A program made the translations under genes and the position numbers. Below are positions 1 to 28,183 of a stretch of 36,345 nucleotides of DNA, in pieces (the first letter of the stretch is position 1; the number at the start of each line of letters is the position of its first letter). The stretch comes from Octopus bimaculoides (taxonomy: Eukaryota), in contig NC_069000.1 of the NCBI RefSeq assembly GCF_001194135.2, forward strand, positions 1,814,257 through 1,850,601. The letters are read 5' to 3'. Below the pieces are notes generated by a model. That model worked only from the letters and a program-made list of their open reading frames with translations, ran no database searches and was not told the origin of the DNA.

Positions 1-49
<49 letters not shown>
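1..49. repeat. (AG)n microsatellite
   Basis: Direct reading. Confidence 0.98.
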
Positions 50-51
<2 letters not shown>

Positions 52-207
52 GGTGACGGTACAGTGTTTTCTCTCAGAGAACACATTTCGTTGCTGTTTC
101 TAACAGGTCGTTGTAGTCTCTACGCTGAAACTGTCTTCTTCCTTGGTTTATATATTTTAATTGGAACACAGAAGAGATATTTGGCAAACTATACAGTGCA
201 CTACATT

Positions 208-227
208 TCTTTCCTTCTTTTCTTTTT

Positions 228-283
<56 letters not shown>
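208..283. repeat. (TTTC)n microsatellite
   Basis: Direct reading. Confidence 0.95.
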
Positions 284-577
284 TACGTAAGTATGTATGT
301 ATGTATGTTCGTATGTCTGTGTCTATGTATATGTTGCGTCTCTCAGTGTGTAAACACATTGAAGCGATTAAAGGCTAAGATAAATATCGAAAGAAAGAGG
401 CTGATAAACAGGTGTGTTTGTGAGTGTAATTTGTATTTTCTGGTTCTAATATACTGAACGGAAGACTCTTTTTTATGAGGTAAGACCAAACATATTTCCG
501 CTATATTCTTGTATCGAATTCTTTTCGTTTATTCATTTGCTGCGTAAAACTTAATGACGCCAGCCCAAATGCCTCTC

Positions 578-621
<44 letters not shown>

Positions 622-1003
622 TCTCTCTCACAAACACACACACGACGGGCTTCTTTCGGTTTCAGTTTATCAAATCCACTCACAAGTCTTTGGTCGTCCC
701 GAGGCTATATTAGAAGACATCCAAGGTGCCACGCATAAATACATACATACATACATACATAATTTTTATTTTACTTCAGTTATTGGGCTATGGCCATGCT
801 GGGGCACAACCTCAAAGGTATCTTGTTGAACAAATCAACCCCTGTATTTATGTTTTTTTTTAAAGTCTGGTTCATATTCTGTCAGATCCTTTAGCCGAAC
901 TGATAAGTTACGGAGACATGAACAAACCAGCACCGGTTGTCAAGCGGCAGTGAGGGACACACATGCACACAGAAACTCATGTATACATATGCATACACAC
1001 GCG

Positions 1004-1026
1004 CATGCACACACACACACACATAC

Positions 1027-1096
<70 letters not shown>
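1004..1096. repeat. Compound (CA)n(TACA)n(TA)n microsatellite
   Basis: Direct reading. Confidence 0.95.
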
Positions 1097-1100
<4 letters not shown>

Positions 1101-1265
1101 GACAGGCTTCCATACAGTTTCCGTCTATCACATTCGCTCGCAAGGTATTAGCCGGTCCGGGGCTACAGTAGAAGAAGCTTGCCCAAGGTACTGCACAGTG
1201 GGATTGAACCTGAAACGATGTGGTTGCAAAGCAAGCACCTTAACCCCCCTCCCCAGATGTGCCTA
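1097..1265 (-). mobile_element. SINE family B copy (further fragments at about 643-735 and 1318-1375, minus)
   Basis: caggcttcc..cagtttccgtcta...gcccaagg..ctgcacagtgggattgaacc. Confidence 0.72.
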
Positions 1266-1380
1266 CACCTTTAGAAGTTACTAAATTACTCCATGTGATC
1301 TGTCATTTTTTCTTAACACGACAGGCTTCCTTCCGTCTACCGAATCCACTCACAAGGCTTTCTTTGGTCGGCCTTGTGTT

Positions 1381-1493
1381 AGAACAGAGAGTACTGAGTT
1401 GTTTACCTCGAGAGGATTTCTCATAAGCATTTATGCATCACGACTCCTGATGAGAGTTTCTCTTAAGGTAAATAACCCAGTATTCTGTGTTCT
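1381..1493. repeat. Imperfect fold-back (44-bp arms, 25-nt loop), MITE-like
   Basis: agaacagagagtactgagttgtttacctcgagaggatttctcat vs reverse complement of atgagagtttctcttaaggtaaataacccagtattctgtgttct. Confidence 0.7.
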
Positions 1494-2246
1494 GACCCAA
1501 TCTCCACGTTAGCTTTGTAATTAATTTAGATTAGTTTTGTAATTAATTTAATTAGAAGAAAGATAATTTTGCTATGTTAGATAACATAATTACACGTTTA
1601 TCTAACAGTATCATAATTTCTATAATATCAGTGAAAGTGGCGATGGAAGCCCGTGTGTGAGAGATAATTTGCAGCTTGGGAAAATTCTTTCTTATCTTTT
1701 TTTTTTATATCCCTGTCAGGAAGGAAACCAGAGGCCATGACACTTTGCGGGGTCCCCGAGTGGGAAAGAGGGAGGGTGGTATTTATCCTCAAACCGGGGA
1801 ACTGATCCGAATGTGTGCAACAGAGTGGACTCCTCTAAACGTACCCATGGTGACCAGGTGGCGGGGTGAAACCAGATTAAGTCTACCACCCAAGTAGACC
1901 AAGTCAGCATTTGAAATCAGAACGCAAAGAGCTGGATAAACTCACCGCAAGGAATTTGGCCTGACAGTCTTAAAGTCCCGCTAATCCACTGCTCTGGATT
2001 AGGGATTTATTTTGTTGACACTGAAAGGATGAAAAGTAGAGATACCCTCGACTGGATTTGAACCCAGAGCGCAGGGTGTGAGAACAGATACAGCATAATA
2101 TTCTATTCAATACTCTAACGATTCAATACTCAGACGAAATAATTTTGCTTCCATATTATGCCATTGTTTCAATTAATTTTGAAAATAACGAAGAACTTAT
2201 TAAAATTAATTTGTAGCTAATTAAGCTGGTGTTTGGAATAAATATT

Positions 2247-2464
2247 GGTTTCAAATTTTGGCACAAGGCCAGGAATTTTGGAGGAAGGGTTACTAGTCGA
2301 TTACGTCGACCCTCAGGGTTCAACTGGTACTTAATTTATTGACCCCCGAAATGATGAAAGGCAAAGTTGACATCTGTGGAATTTGAACCCAGAACGTAAA
2401 GACAGACGAAGTGCTCTTAAGCATTTTGCCCGACATGCTAACGATTCTGCCAGCTCGCCGCCAA
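2247..2464 (-). mobile_element. tRNA-derived SINE, family A, full length with a 16-bp target site duplication
   Basis: Reverse complement has an A-box-like ggcgagctggcagaatcg, B-box ggttcaaattc and core ctttgcctttcatc..tcggggtcaataaattaagtaccag; perfect direct repeat gtttggaataaatatt at 2231-2246 and 2465-2480. Confidence 0.88.
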
Positions 2465-2682
2465 GTTTGGAATAAATATTAACACGGAATTTTGATGGAT
2501 GACCTTGATTTAAATAGTTTTAAAAACCGGGAAATCTGTATTTCCCAGCATCCAAATCGTCGTAGTTTATAGTGTAAACGTGTAGCGCAAAATGCATTCA
2601 AACATCGTCGCTATCTTTCTAAGTTCTTTTGCGTTTCACATGGAATTGTCGGTCCTCCAAAGTCGTCGTAGTATATAAGTCG

Positions 2683-2884
2683 CCCTATTCTTTTCAGCTG
2701 TACATTTTGGTCTGACAAATTCGATGTGTATACTGGAAAATGCTGTATACACAACGAATTTGTTAAAGATAGTCTTAGGTGGAGCCCTACCTTTTTTAGC
2801 TGCATATTTTGATCTGACAACTTCAACGTGTGTACCAGAAAATACGGTATGCTTCCTAGAACTAGAGATAGTCTCAGGTGGGAT
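2683..2884. repeat. Diverged tandem duplication of about 102 bp
   Basis: ccctattcttttcagctgtacattttggtctgacaa...gatagtcttaggtgga (2683) vs ccctaccttttttagctgcatattttgatctgacaa...gatagtctcaggtggg (2785). Confidence 0.75.
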
Positions 2885-4002
2885 GGTATCAAAAACAATA
2901 AGAGATTTTTGTATACTGTCTTTTTCACAAAACTTTGACCTATATACTTTCATAATAATACCGTTGATAATAACTCAGATTGTCCAAGCACGTGCTTTAC
3001 AACAATTTCTTTGTTAGTTTTTAATTCGTCAGATCCTAGAAACAAATACTTGACTTTCAGTATTCGGTAGAAGGGCGGGGGCGGGGTGCACCATTTTTTT
3101 AACTGAGTCACCCCCATCTTCTAGTATATTTCTTTACTATTTGCCTTAGTTTTGACAGTCATAAATTAAAACTTGACAACAGTTTTGAAGTTGGTGAAGT
3201 TAAATAGTAATCTTCTTGTATTTTTAAAGAATGCGTACTGAACGTTTGTGCATATATAATTATGTGTGTATAAATATTTGTGTGTGCGTGCGTATGCATG
3301 TGTGTATATACACATACATTACAGATCGGANNNNNNNNNNNNNNNNNNNNNNNNNNNNNNNNNNNNNNNNNNNNNNNNNNNNNNNNNNNNNNNNNNNNNN
3401 NNNNNNNNNNNNNNNNNNNNNNNNNNNNNNNNNNNNNNNNNNNNNNNNNNNNNNNNNNNNNNNNNNNNNNNNNNNNNNNNNNNNNNNNNNNNNNNNNNNN
3501 NNNNNNNNNNNNNNNNNNNNNNNNNNNNNNNNNNNNNNNNNNNNNNNNNNNNNNNNNNNNNNNNNNNNNNNNNNNNNNNNNNNNNNNNNNNNNNNNNNNN
3601 NNNNNNNNNNNNNNNNNNNNNNNNNNNNNNNNNNNNNNNNNNNNNNNNNNNNNNNNNNNNNNNNNNNNNNNNNNNNNNNNNNNNNNNNNNNNNNNNNNNN
3701 NNNNNNNNNNNNNNNNNNNNNNNNNNNNNNNNNNNNNNNNNNNNNNNNNNNNNNNNNNNNNNNNNNNNNNNNNNNNNNNNNNNNNNNNNNNNNNNNNNNN
3801 NNNNNNNNNNNNNNNNNNNNNNNNNNNNNNNNNNNNNNNNNNNNNNNNNNNNNNNNNNNNNNNNNNNNNNNNNNNNNNNNNNNNNNNNNNNNNNNNNNNN
3901 NNNNNNNNNNNNNNNNNNNNNNNNNNNNNNNNNNNNNNNNNNNNNNNNNNNNNNNNNNNNNNNNNNNNNNNNNNNNNNNNNNNNNNNNNNNNNNNNNNNN
4001 NN

Positions 4003-4059
<57 letters not shown>

Positions 4060-4626
4060 ATTTGTTTATTGTCCCTGTGAGTTTTCTGAGGTTGTCAAAT
4101 CATAATTGAATGACGGTGTTGGCCCAACCCACCATGTTTCCAAACATATAACTTCTGCATATTTACACGAACCAACTGCCAGCAATTGACCCTGATTCAT
4201 TGACTTGATGCAGACTCAGACAATAGCAGGCTAAGAGCGTGTACCTTTTGACATCAAACTGCCCGAGACCGCTCTTGTTACTCTGGTTCTGTGATACAAA
4301 CTTCCTGTTTTGAAGTGATCTAAATTAAATCTGTCCGTTACAATTTCATGTTCATTTATGTTCCAAACACCAGAATAATAACGTCAAAATTATTTTACTG
4401 TATTGTTCATTATTTTCGAAATTAATTGCACCCTCGCCCCACACTACAAAACTCCACCCCCGTTGAAATATGTTACCGAATGAGTTACGTGAATGATGCA
4501 CTTAAAATACTTTGCTAAACGGACATTCGTTAGCACCTACTTAACACCTTTAATTAATGGATACTAGTTGTACCACATAACTACCATTGAAAATATAATC
4601 GCTGTTATCAGATCTTGTTAAGGTTT

Positions 4627-4753
4627 TAACTAAATGGTTCCAGGTTCGGTCCCACTGCGTGGCACATTGGGGTGGAGTCTTCTACTATAGCCTCGGGCTG
4701 ACCAAAGCATTGTGAGTGGATTTGGTAGACGGAAACTGAAAGAAGACCATCGC
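4627..4753 (+). mobile_element. SINE family B copy
   Basis: atggttccaggttcggtcccactgcgtggcac...gagtggatttggtagacggaaactgaaagaag. Confidence 0.8.
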
Positions 4754-4867
4754 ATTCATACATACACACACACACATATATATACGTGCACACACACACA
4801 CACACATACACACACATATATATATATATATCTATATGTGTGTGTGTGTGTGTGTGAGTGTGTGTTT

Positions 4868-5036
4868 ATGACGGTGTTTGACCCACCGCAGTTTGTCTAT
4901 GAAACTCACTCAAAGGCCATTGGCCAACTTGGGATTATAAGAGAAGTCACCTGTCTAAGATACCCCCTAGTGGGTCTGAACCTGAAACCACGTGGTCGTG
5001 AAGCATGCTTTGGAATCTTGCAACCATGCCCGCCAC
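4868..5036 (-). mobile_element. SINE family B copy, diverged, inverted relative to 4627-4753
   Basis: cagtttgtctatgaaactcactcaaaggcc...ccctagtgggtctgaacctgaaaccacgtgg. Confidence 0.65.
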
Positions 5037-5087
5037 TATATATTGATTTTCGTTTTGTCATTTGAGACATAAAAACTAATTCACCGC

Positions 5088-5113
5088 TCCTCTTTTTCTC
5101 TTTCTTTGTAGAG
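5088..5113 (+). other. Splice-acceptor-like site immediately upstream of the LOX-A ATG (implies an upstream exon)
   Basis: Polypyrimidine tract ctcctttttctctttctttgtAG|agATG; AG at 5110-5111. Confidence 0.6.
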
Positions 5114-21582
<16,469 letters not shown>

Positions 21583-21644
21583 AATACAGCTTATACCACA
21601 TACATACATACATACATACATACATGCATGTATACACACACATA

Positions 21645-21716
21645 GTTTCGGCCAGCTATGTCATTGTCAGACTCGATAATGGCTTAGCTGACCGAAACAT
21701 CGATGTCACTGTCAAC
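21645..21716 (+). ncRNA. Fold-back of two decayed hammerhead-like halves just downstream of the LOX-A stop
   Basis: gtttcggccagcta...tagctgaccgaaac inverted repeat; GAAA followed by palindrome ACATCGATGT-C (GUC) and ttgtcaga/actgtcaa stem I; core decayed to ctcgataa. Confidence 0.35.
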
Positions 21717-21725
21717 ACTATATAC

Positions 21726-21765
<40 letters not shown>

Positions 21766-21966
21766 NNNNNNNNNNNNNNNNNNNNNNNNNNNNNNNNNNN
21801 NNNNNNNNNNNNNNNNNNNNNNNNNNNNNNNNNNNNNNNNNNNNNNNNNNNNNNNNNNNNNNNNNNNNNNNNNNNNNNNNNNNNNNNNNNNNNNNNNNNN
21901 NNNNNNNNNNNNNNNNNNNNNNNNNNNNNNNNNNNNNNNNNNNNNNNNNNNNNNNNNNNNNNNNNN

Positions 21967-22110
21967 TAACATATATATATATATATATATATAACATATA
22001 TATATATATATATATATAACATATATATATATATATATATATAACATATATATATAACATATATATATATATATATATAACATATGTATATATATATATA
22101 TAACATATGT
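21967..22110. repeat. Higher-order TAAC(AT)n compound repeat
   Basis: TAAC interruptions recur within (AT)n. Confidence 0.85.
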
Positions 22111-23833
22111 ATATGCATGTATGATATATGTTTGCGTGTTTGTGTGTATAAGTTTTGTGGTGCTCATGTATGTCTGTAGATGTATACTCGTGTGAATGTG
22201 TGTGTTTATCGTGTGAGCGTAAAGTCACAACACACAACCGTTTGGCCAAGTATGCTGCTAATATCCAACTTGATCCAAAAGAATATCAAACCTCGTCAGA
22301 AGTTTGTTAATTGAATGCGTCTGTTGTAGGAAGTTTAACTCCCTTCTCGGTCGTGAGATACAAACAAGGCGTGACAACCGTGGCCGTCTCGTCGTTTTTC
22401 ACACATTGTTTACCAGCGACTACATCACTTATTAATTTTGTTTAAGAGGAAGCATTAGATATTTTAAGGAAGATCTGATTACTATTTCTAATATGTCTTT
22501 AAGAAAAAAATGTAATTGATGTCACAGAGTCTAAGAGAAGTCAGTTTTCTATAAAGTCATTATTGTGTTGAGCACTGGGGAGGGGGGGGGGNNNNNNNNN
22601 NNNNNNNNNNNNNNNNNNNNNNNNNNNNNNNNNNNNNNNNNNNNNNNNNNNNNNNNNNNNNNNNNNNNNNNNNNNNNNNNNNNNNNNNNNNNNNNNNNNN
22701 NNNNNNNNNNNNNNNNNNNNNNNNNNNNNNNNNNNNNNNNNNNNNNNNNNNNNNNNNNNNNNNNNNNNNNNNNNNNNNNNNNNNNNNNNNNNNNNNNNNN
22801 NNNNNNNNNNNNNNNNNNNNNNNNNNNNNNNNNNNNNNNNNNNNNNNNNNNNNNNNNNNNNNNNNNNNNNNNNNNNNNNNNNNNNNNNNNNNNNNNNNNN
22901 NNNNNNNNNNNNNNNNNNNNNNNNNNNNNNNNNNNNNNNNNNNNNNNNNNNNNNNNNNNNNNNNNNNNNNNNNNNNNNNNNNNNNNNNNNNNNNNNNNNN
23001 NNNNNNNNNNNNNNNNNNNNNNNNNNNNNNNNNNNNNNNNNNNNNNNNNNNNNNNNNNNNNNNNNNNNNNNNNNNNNNNNNNNNNNNNNNNNNNNNNNNN
23101 NNNNNNNNNNNNNNNNNNNNNNNNNNNNCCTGTGGTCAATATTCACTTGTTTCCAACTCAAGTAATAGTTCCTTTCCTCCTTAGGGCAACTCAATAGCTG
23201 GTCATGCTGTCGTGGAGGATTGTAAACAAATGACACTTTTTGGTACGAAGGTGACTTCTGTTTCCAATTAACGTGTTCATGACAAAAGGACTACACACGC
23301 ACACACACATACACACACACAACACACAGTATGTATATATACACATAATCTGATCTTAGAATTTATATATTTTTTTAGGTGTGTGTGTGATTTATTTGAG
23401 AAACGTCGGTATGAATAATTGTGTTTTTTCCCCACCAGGACTTCTAAGACTGGAGCACTGGTTCGAATGGATTCCGCTAAGATAGCCAGGAGCCAGGTGT
23501 TGGTGGCGGCGGCGGTGGTGATAGATTAGAGGCGGATGAAGTCTACACGCCCACAAGTACAGGAACAATCCTCCGTCTTGTGGGCTTCCCTACGGGTTTA
23601 TCTTACTATATGCCACTGCTAAGTCTTTAGTGAACAGGAACTTCTTGAAGGAGACACATGCCCAAGGTGTCGCGCAGTGGAGTTGACTCTGTAACCATTT
23701 AATCATGAAACGAACTTTCCAACCACTTAGCTATACCTGTGTGTCTTATGGAGGATGCCTGTAAACATTCTAAGTCATTTAACACGGTTGCTCTACCGAC
23801 TCTTTCTCTTTATTAATATTACCTTATAACTAA

Positions 23834-24066
23834 GGCAGTGAGCTGGCAGAATCGTTAGCACGACGGGCGAAAGGCTCAGAGGTTTTTCGTCTGCCGCTAC
23901 GTTCCGAGTTCAAATTCCGCCGACGTCGACTTTACCTTTCATACTTTTGGGGTCGATTAAATAAGTACCAGTTACGCACTGGGGTCGATGTAATCGGCTT
24001 AATCCCTTTGTCTGTTCTTGCTTATCCCCTCTATGTTTAGCCCATTATGGGCAATAAAGAAATAAA
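23834..24066 (+). mobile_element. SINE family A, full length (intergenic)
   Basis: gagctggcagaatcg A-box, gagttcaaattc B-box, same tail as the 6038 copy. Confidence 0.85.
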
Positions 24067-24161
24067 TATTATCTTAAGATAAAAAGAACGAAGGTAAAAT
24101 TCTCTGTAGAATTTCTAACAATGGACGGGAACACGGACGGACTCTCGCTCTTTCTCTCTCG

Positions 24162-24192
<31 letters not shown>

Positions 24193-25163
24193 CACATACA
24201 TACGGACACATACACACACACATACACACAGCGTAGGCAAGTCAAAAGTCAGAGGAAAATCTAGGCCAAGACAAAAATATTTTATCAAAAGGCAAATATA
24301 TTTAAGGAATTTGTGAGCGAGTATAAGGAATGCAAAGTGAGAACAGCCACCATGTTGGACCGTTTGGTTATTGTTTTGAATAAATATTATTTGACAGGTA
24401 AATGTGTACAAGATTCTCTGTGTGTGTGATGCTTTTTATTTTTGCAATAAACTTACAGAAAATATATTCAAATCAACTGAGTTTCTTCATTTTTTTAAAC
24501 AAAATTGTTTTCTATTTATTTATTTATTTAATTGCTGCCGTCTTTGTCTTCGGTATCCACATAAATATTTTCAATCATTCTCCAGAGGAGCGGTACCATC
24601 CACTTTAAGAAGCGTTAATGTAGTGGCTTCTTGTAGGCTCGCAAAGTAATGCTAATGAAAATAGAAGTTAGTCTCATATCTCTATTTCAACTCTATGATA
24701 CGACTTTAAAAAAAAAGAGTTCTAATTTAAGGTTTCTTGGAGAGAAGTGGGTGTCAGTGACGATTTTGCCTGGGATTGGACAAAAGTGACTTTCGATTGC
24801 AGGATATAATTCCTGCAAACTCCTTTAGTCACCCTTTTACGATACGCAGAGGAAATATTGGGTCTATTATTTGGCATGCTGGCTTCCACACAGCAGCAGA
24901 ACAATGTGAAATTATGTTTTGCCAACGAACACAACACGACATTAGGCCGGGAATCGATCCCACGATCGTGAGTGTTGGTTAATTCTGATTGATATATGAG
25001 ATATGAGAAGATATATAATCTTGATTTTGAGTGACGTTGACTGCGTGCATGTATGACTGTGTGTTTGTGTGTTCCTGTATGTAAATGTATAAGCGTAGGC
25101 GAGTGTAACTAAACGTTTCTATCAACCTGTTCAGCAATTTGTGTGTGTATATAAATGTATGGA

Positions 25164-25194
<31 letters not shown>

Positions 25195-25795
25195 ACGCAG
25201 TTGCATATTACATATAACAATTTACTATGGCTTTGTTTGCAGTCACGTTGGTTGAGGAAAATTAAAACGACAAAAGGAGAAGGAGTGAGACGTTCAATGT
25301 AAGCNNNNNNNNNNAAGTTATAATTTGAGTTGAAGTGAGAGGTGCTGCAATGGCTGATCGAAATAAAACTGAAATTTTCGTCGTTAATTTTGCGAGAAAT
25401 TTATTTTCATTAAATTTTACTTAATTCAAAAGAGAAAAAAATAGAAAACAAAATCAAGGATAAAACATGTTACATTTTGATTTTAATTGATGTGGAGTCA
25501 GACACAGATAACGAACACATACACTTACAAACACAAGCGATATAGCTGTGTATTTTCCTGATTGATTCTTATTTATAATTGCCGAAAAACAACAGCACAG
25601 AAGTCGGACGTTAATCAAGCAAACGCAGGCATGAAAATCTGATGACAAAATTTAAGGGAGTTACTGTAACAGTTTTACAATTTGTCAAATTATTGGGGGT
25701 CGTAATTAAATACAGAAGCAAAGAAGTCAATTGAGCAATCAGTTGCAAAAATATTTTGGTAAATAAATTAATTTCGAAAGAACTCGGTATTTAAT

Positions 25796-25828
<33 letters not shown>

Positions 25829-25865
25829 ATGTATTAAAAGATTTGTTACAAAAAGTTTTATCGAT

Positions 25866-26150
25866 GCAGGCGTGCTTGTGTGGTAGGAAGACTGCCTCCC
25901 AAATGGTTCCTGGTTCAGTCTCACTGTGTGGCACCTTGGGCATGTGTCTTCTACTATAATATCGGGCCGATTAAAGTATTGCGAGTGGATTTGGTAAACG
26001 GAAACTGAAAGAAGCCCGACGTACATATGTGTGTGTGTTTGTGCCAGTGTTTGTCGTCCGCCACCGCTTGACATCTGGTGTTGGTCTGTTAATGTTACCG
26101 TCATGTAGCGGTTCAGCCAAAGCGAACGATAGAATAAGTACCTGATTAAA
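25866..26150 (+). mobile_element. tRNA-derived SINE, family B, near full length
   Basis: gcaggcgtg..tgtggtaggaag head, ggttcagtc B-box, ctgtgtggcaccttgggc..gtgtcttctactata, gagtggatttggtaaacggaaactgaaagaagcccg, then tail to gatagaataagtacc. Confidence 0.82.
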
Positions 26151-26227
26151 AAAAAAAGTACAAGGGTAGAAAGAGTCGCTGTGCGTTTGTGTGCATGTGT
26201 ATGTATGTGTGTGAATGTGTATATATC

Positions 26228-26278
<51 letters not shown>

Positions 26279-26439
26279 ATGTGTGTCTGTGTGTGTGTGT
26301 GTGCTTGTACGCTTTGCATTTGTGTGAATCTACATATTTATGTATTTATGTCTATATGAACCAGGAGTCAACGTGTGTGTGTGTGAGAATGTGTGTTCGT
26401 GTGCTTGTACATCAAAGTTTTTGAGAGACAGACAAGAAA

Positions 26440-26486
<47 letters not shown>

Positions 26487-26760
26487 GAAAGAAGGAAAGT
26501 AAGAGGGACAGAAAGAGGGGGCGCAAGAACATAAAACGCGTAAACAGATAAACGCTGATAGGCGAGTGTTCCACATGGCCAATCTTCACGCTAGCGACAT
26601 CAGTTCAGCATATATACCAGTAAATCCCCACTGTCAAACGTTAAGCTCAAAGATAAACAACACGTACATTTTCTGTCCTAAACAACAATATTTGGTCTGT
26701 ATGTATGTAGTATGTATGTATGTATGTATGTATGTATGTATGTATGTATGTATGTCTCTT

Positions 26761-27326
26761 CTATTTTTTATTATTATAAATCTTCCACTGAGGAGGGAGC
26801 CGGTTTCCAACAAAGAAAGATATAAGGCTCCATCTTTGGGATGTAGTTAAAACATAAACAACTTCACATTTGGAACTTGAGAAAAGTCTTGCATATCTTT
26901 ACTGTTCCCCTCGCAGATTGCACTTGCAATGTACGAATTAGCCGGTCGATTTCTCTTCCTGAAAATCCCAGTTTATCCAGATTCTCCTTTAAGCATTTAC
27001 TAACAAAACTTAGTGCTCCAATTATTGGTATGAATATGAATTCATAGTCTGGATATACAAGCTGGAGTTTTCGAAGCAGTTGTCCATAGATATCCTCTTC
27101 TTTTTTTATTTTCAAAGAGATATTTGTATCTGCAGGGCAGCCGACCTCTATGATGGTACACACCTTTGCTCCTCTGTCCCAAACAACAATATCTGGCCTG
27201 CTATGCTTACATTTGATTGAAGTTTTTACGGGAATATTCCACCAGTATTTCTTTCGTTGGTATTTATGAGTGTATTCCATAACAGAGGGATTTTCTAAGT
27301 TCATTTCAGGACAGTCTTTTTTGCGG
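26761..27326 (-). mobile_element. 5'-truncated non-LTR retrotransposon with restriction-like endonuclease (R4/Dong-type RLE clade)
   Basis: ORF 26864-27406 contains RPDIVVWD...CTIIEVGCP.D.N...K...Y..L...IP..GAL...GT..I.K.FL (PD-(D/E)xK RLE C-terminus), a short 3'UTR and an ataataataa tail at about 26761-26777. Confidence 0.82.
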
Positions 27327-27440
27327 ATATGTACGGTCATAGAGGTCAGCTGTCCTGCGAAAATCAAAGAGAAAGAGAATAAATATGGACAACTGTTTCG
27401 AAACATCCAGCTTCTACATCCAGATTATGAGTTCATATAC
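27327..27440 (+). mobile_element. Second RLE-LINE fragment, head-to-head with 26761-27326
   Basis: Reads ICTVIEVSCPAKIKEKENKYGQLFRNIQLLHPDYEFI, a diverged copy of CTIIEVGCP...YGQLLRKLQLVYPDYEFI. Confidence 0.75.
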
Positions 27441-28068
27441 ATGCAATATAAAATTTTTCTGTATAAAAGGTAGAGGTGGAAGCAGCACAGAAGTAAGTCT
27501 AAGACATTTCAATTTAAAAGAGAATTTAATAAAAATGATTAAAAAAATTAAATAAAGAAAATATTACTGGTTTCGATGTAATCAAATATAAGAAAAATTT
27601 ATAAAAATTAGAAGTAAAAACAGTTTATCTTCTCTCTGGGGGTCCATAGATGCATATACATGAGCCCTCACTAGAACTGTCAGCATACGTAAAACTTCCC
27701 AAAAGTCAAGCATACAATTGCATGTTCAAATATCCAGAAAGACAGATCACATGTATGGGTATACAAACATAAAACAAATGTATACAGATTTGTATGTACA
27801 TGCACTGAGTCTAAAAACTTGCGCATAAAAATGCAAACATGGATAACTACTCTGTTGATGCTGCTGAAGGTCCAAAGAAGGAGCTTTGGATCTAATTTAG
27901 AAACCCGCCCTTTCTCCATTGACGAGAAATGTAGAAAAAATGTAAATAATAGCAAACCCGCAATCTGTATGTATACATCTGTGTGTCTTATTGTACATAC
28001 AAACGTACACACATATATATATGAGTGTGTGTGTGTGTGTGCATGTGTGTCCGTCCGTGTCTCCAATT

Positions 28069-28183
28069 TTAAATACTAATAGCATTAGGAATGTTGGCTG
28101 GGTCAAGAACTTTGTAAGGTTTTTTCAGGGTCTTATTTCTTGCTTTGATTTCGCCACTGATAGTTTTCAGATTTTTCTGGAAT
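28069..28183 (-). CDS. LOX-B exon 15 (FQKNLKTISGEIKARNKTLKKPYKVLDPANIPNAISI*)
   Basis: tttttag acceptor; TAA at 28071-28069; terminal Ile. Confidence 0.96.

Noticed and set aside
64-1171. ORFs rich in FLS, YI, HT and ER repeats (also around 15167-15690, 16508-16842, 21579-22249, 26215-26589)
   Set aside because: Translations of microsatellites, not proteins
1-5087. Catalase-like allene oxide synthase exons upstream of LOX-A (coral-type fusion)
   Set aside because: No catalase-like motifs in any frame; only SINEs, simple repeats and a gap
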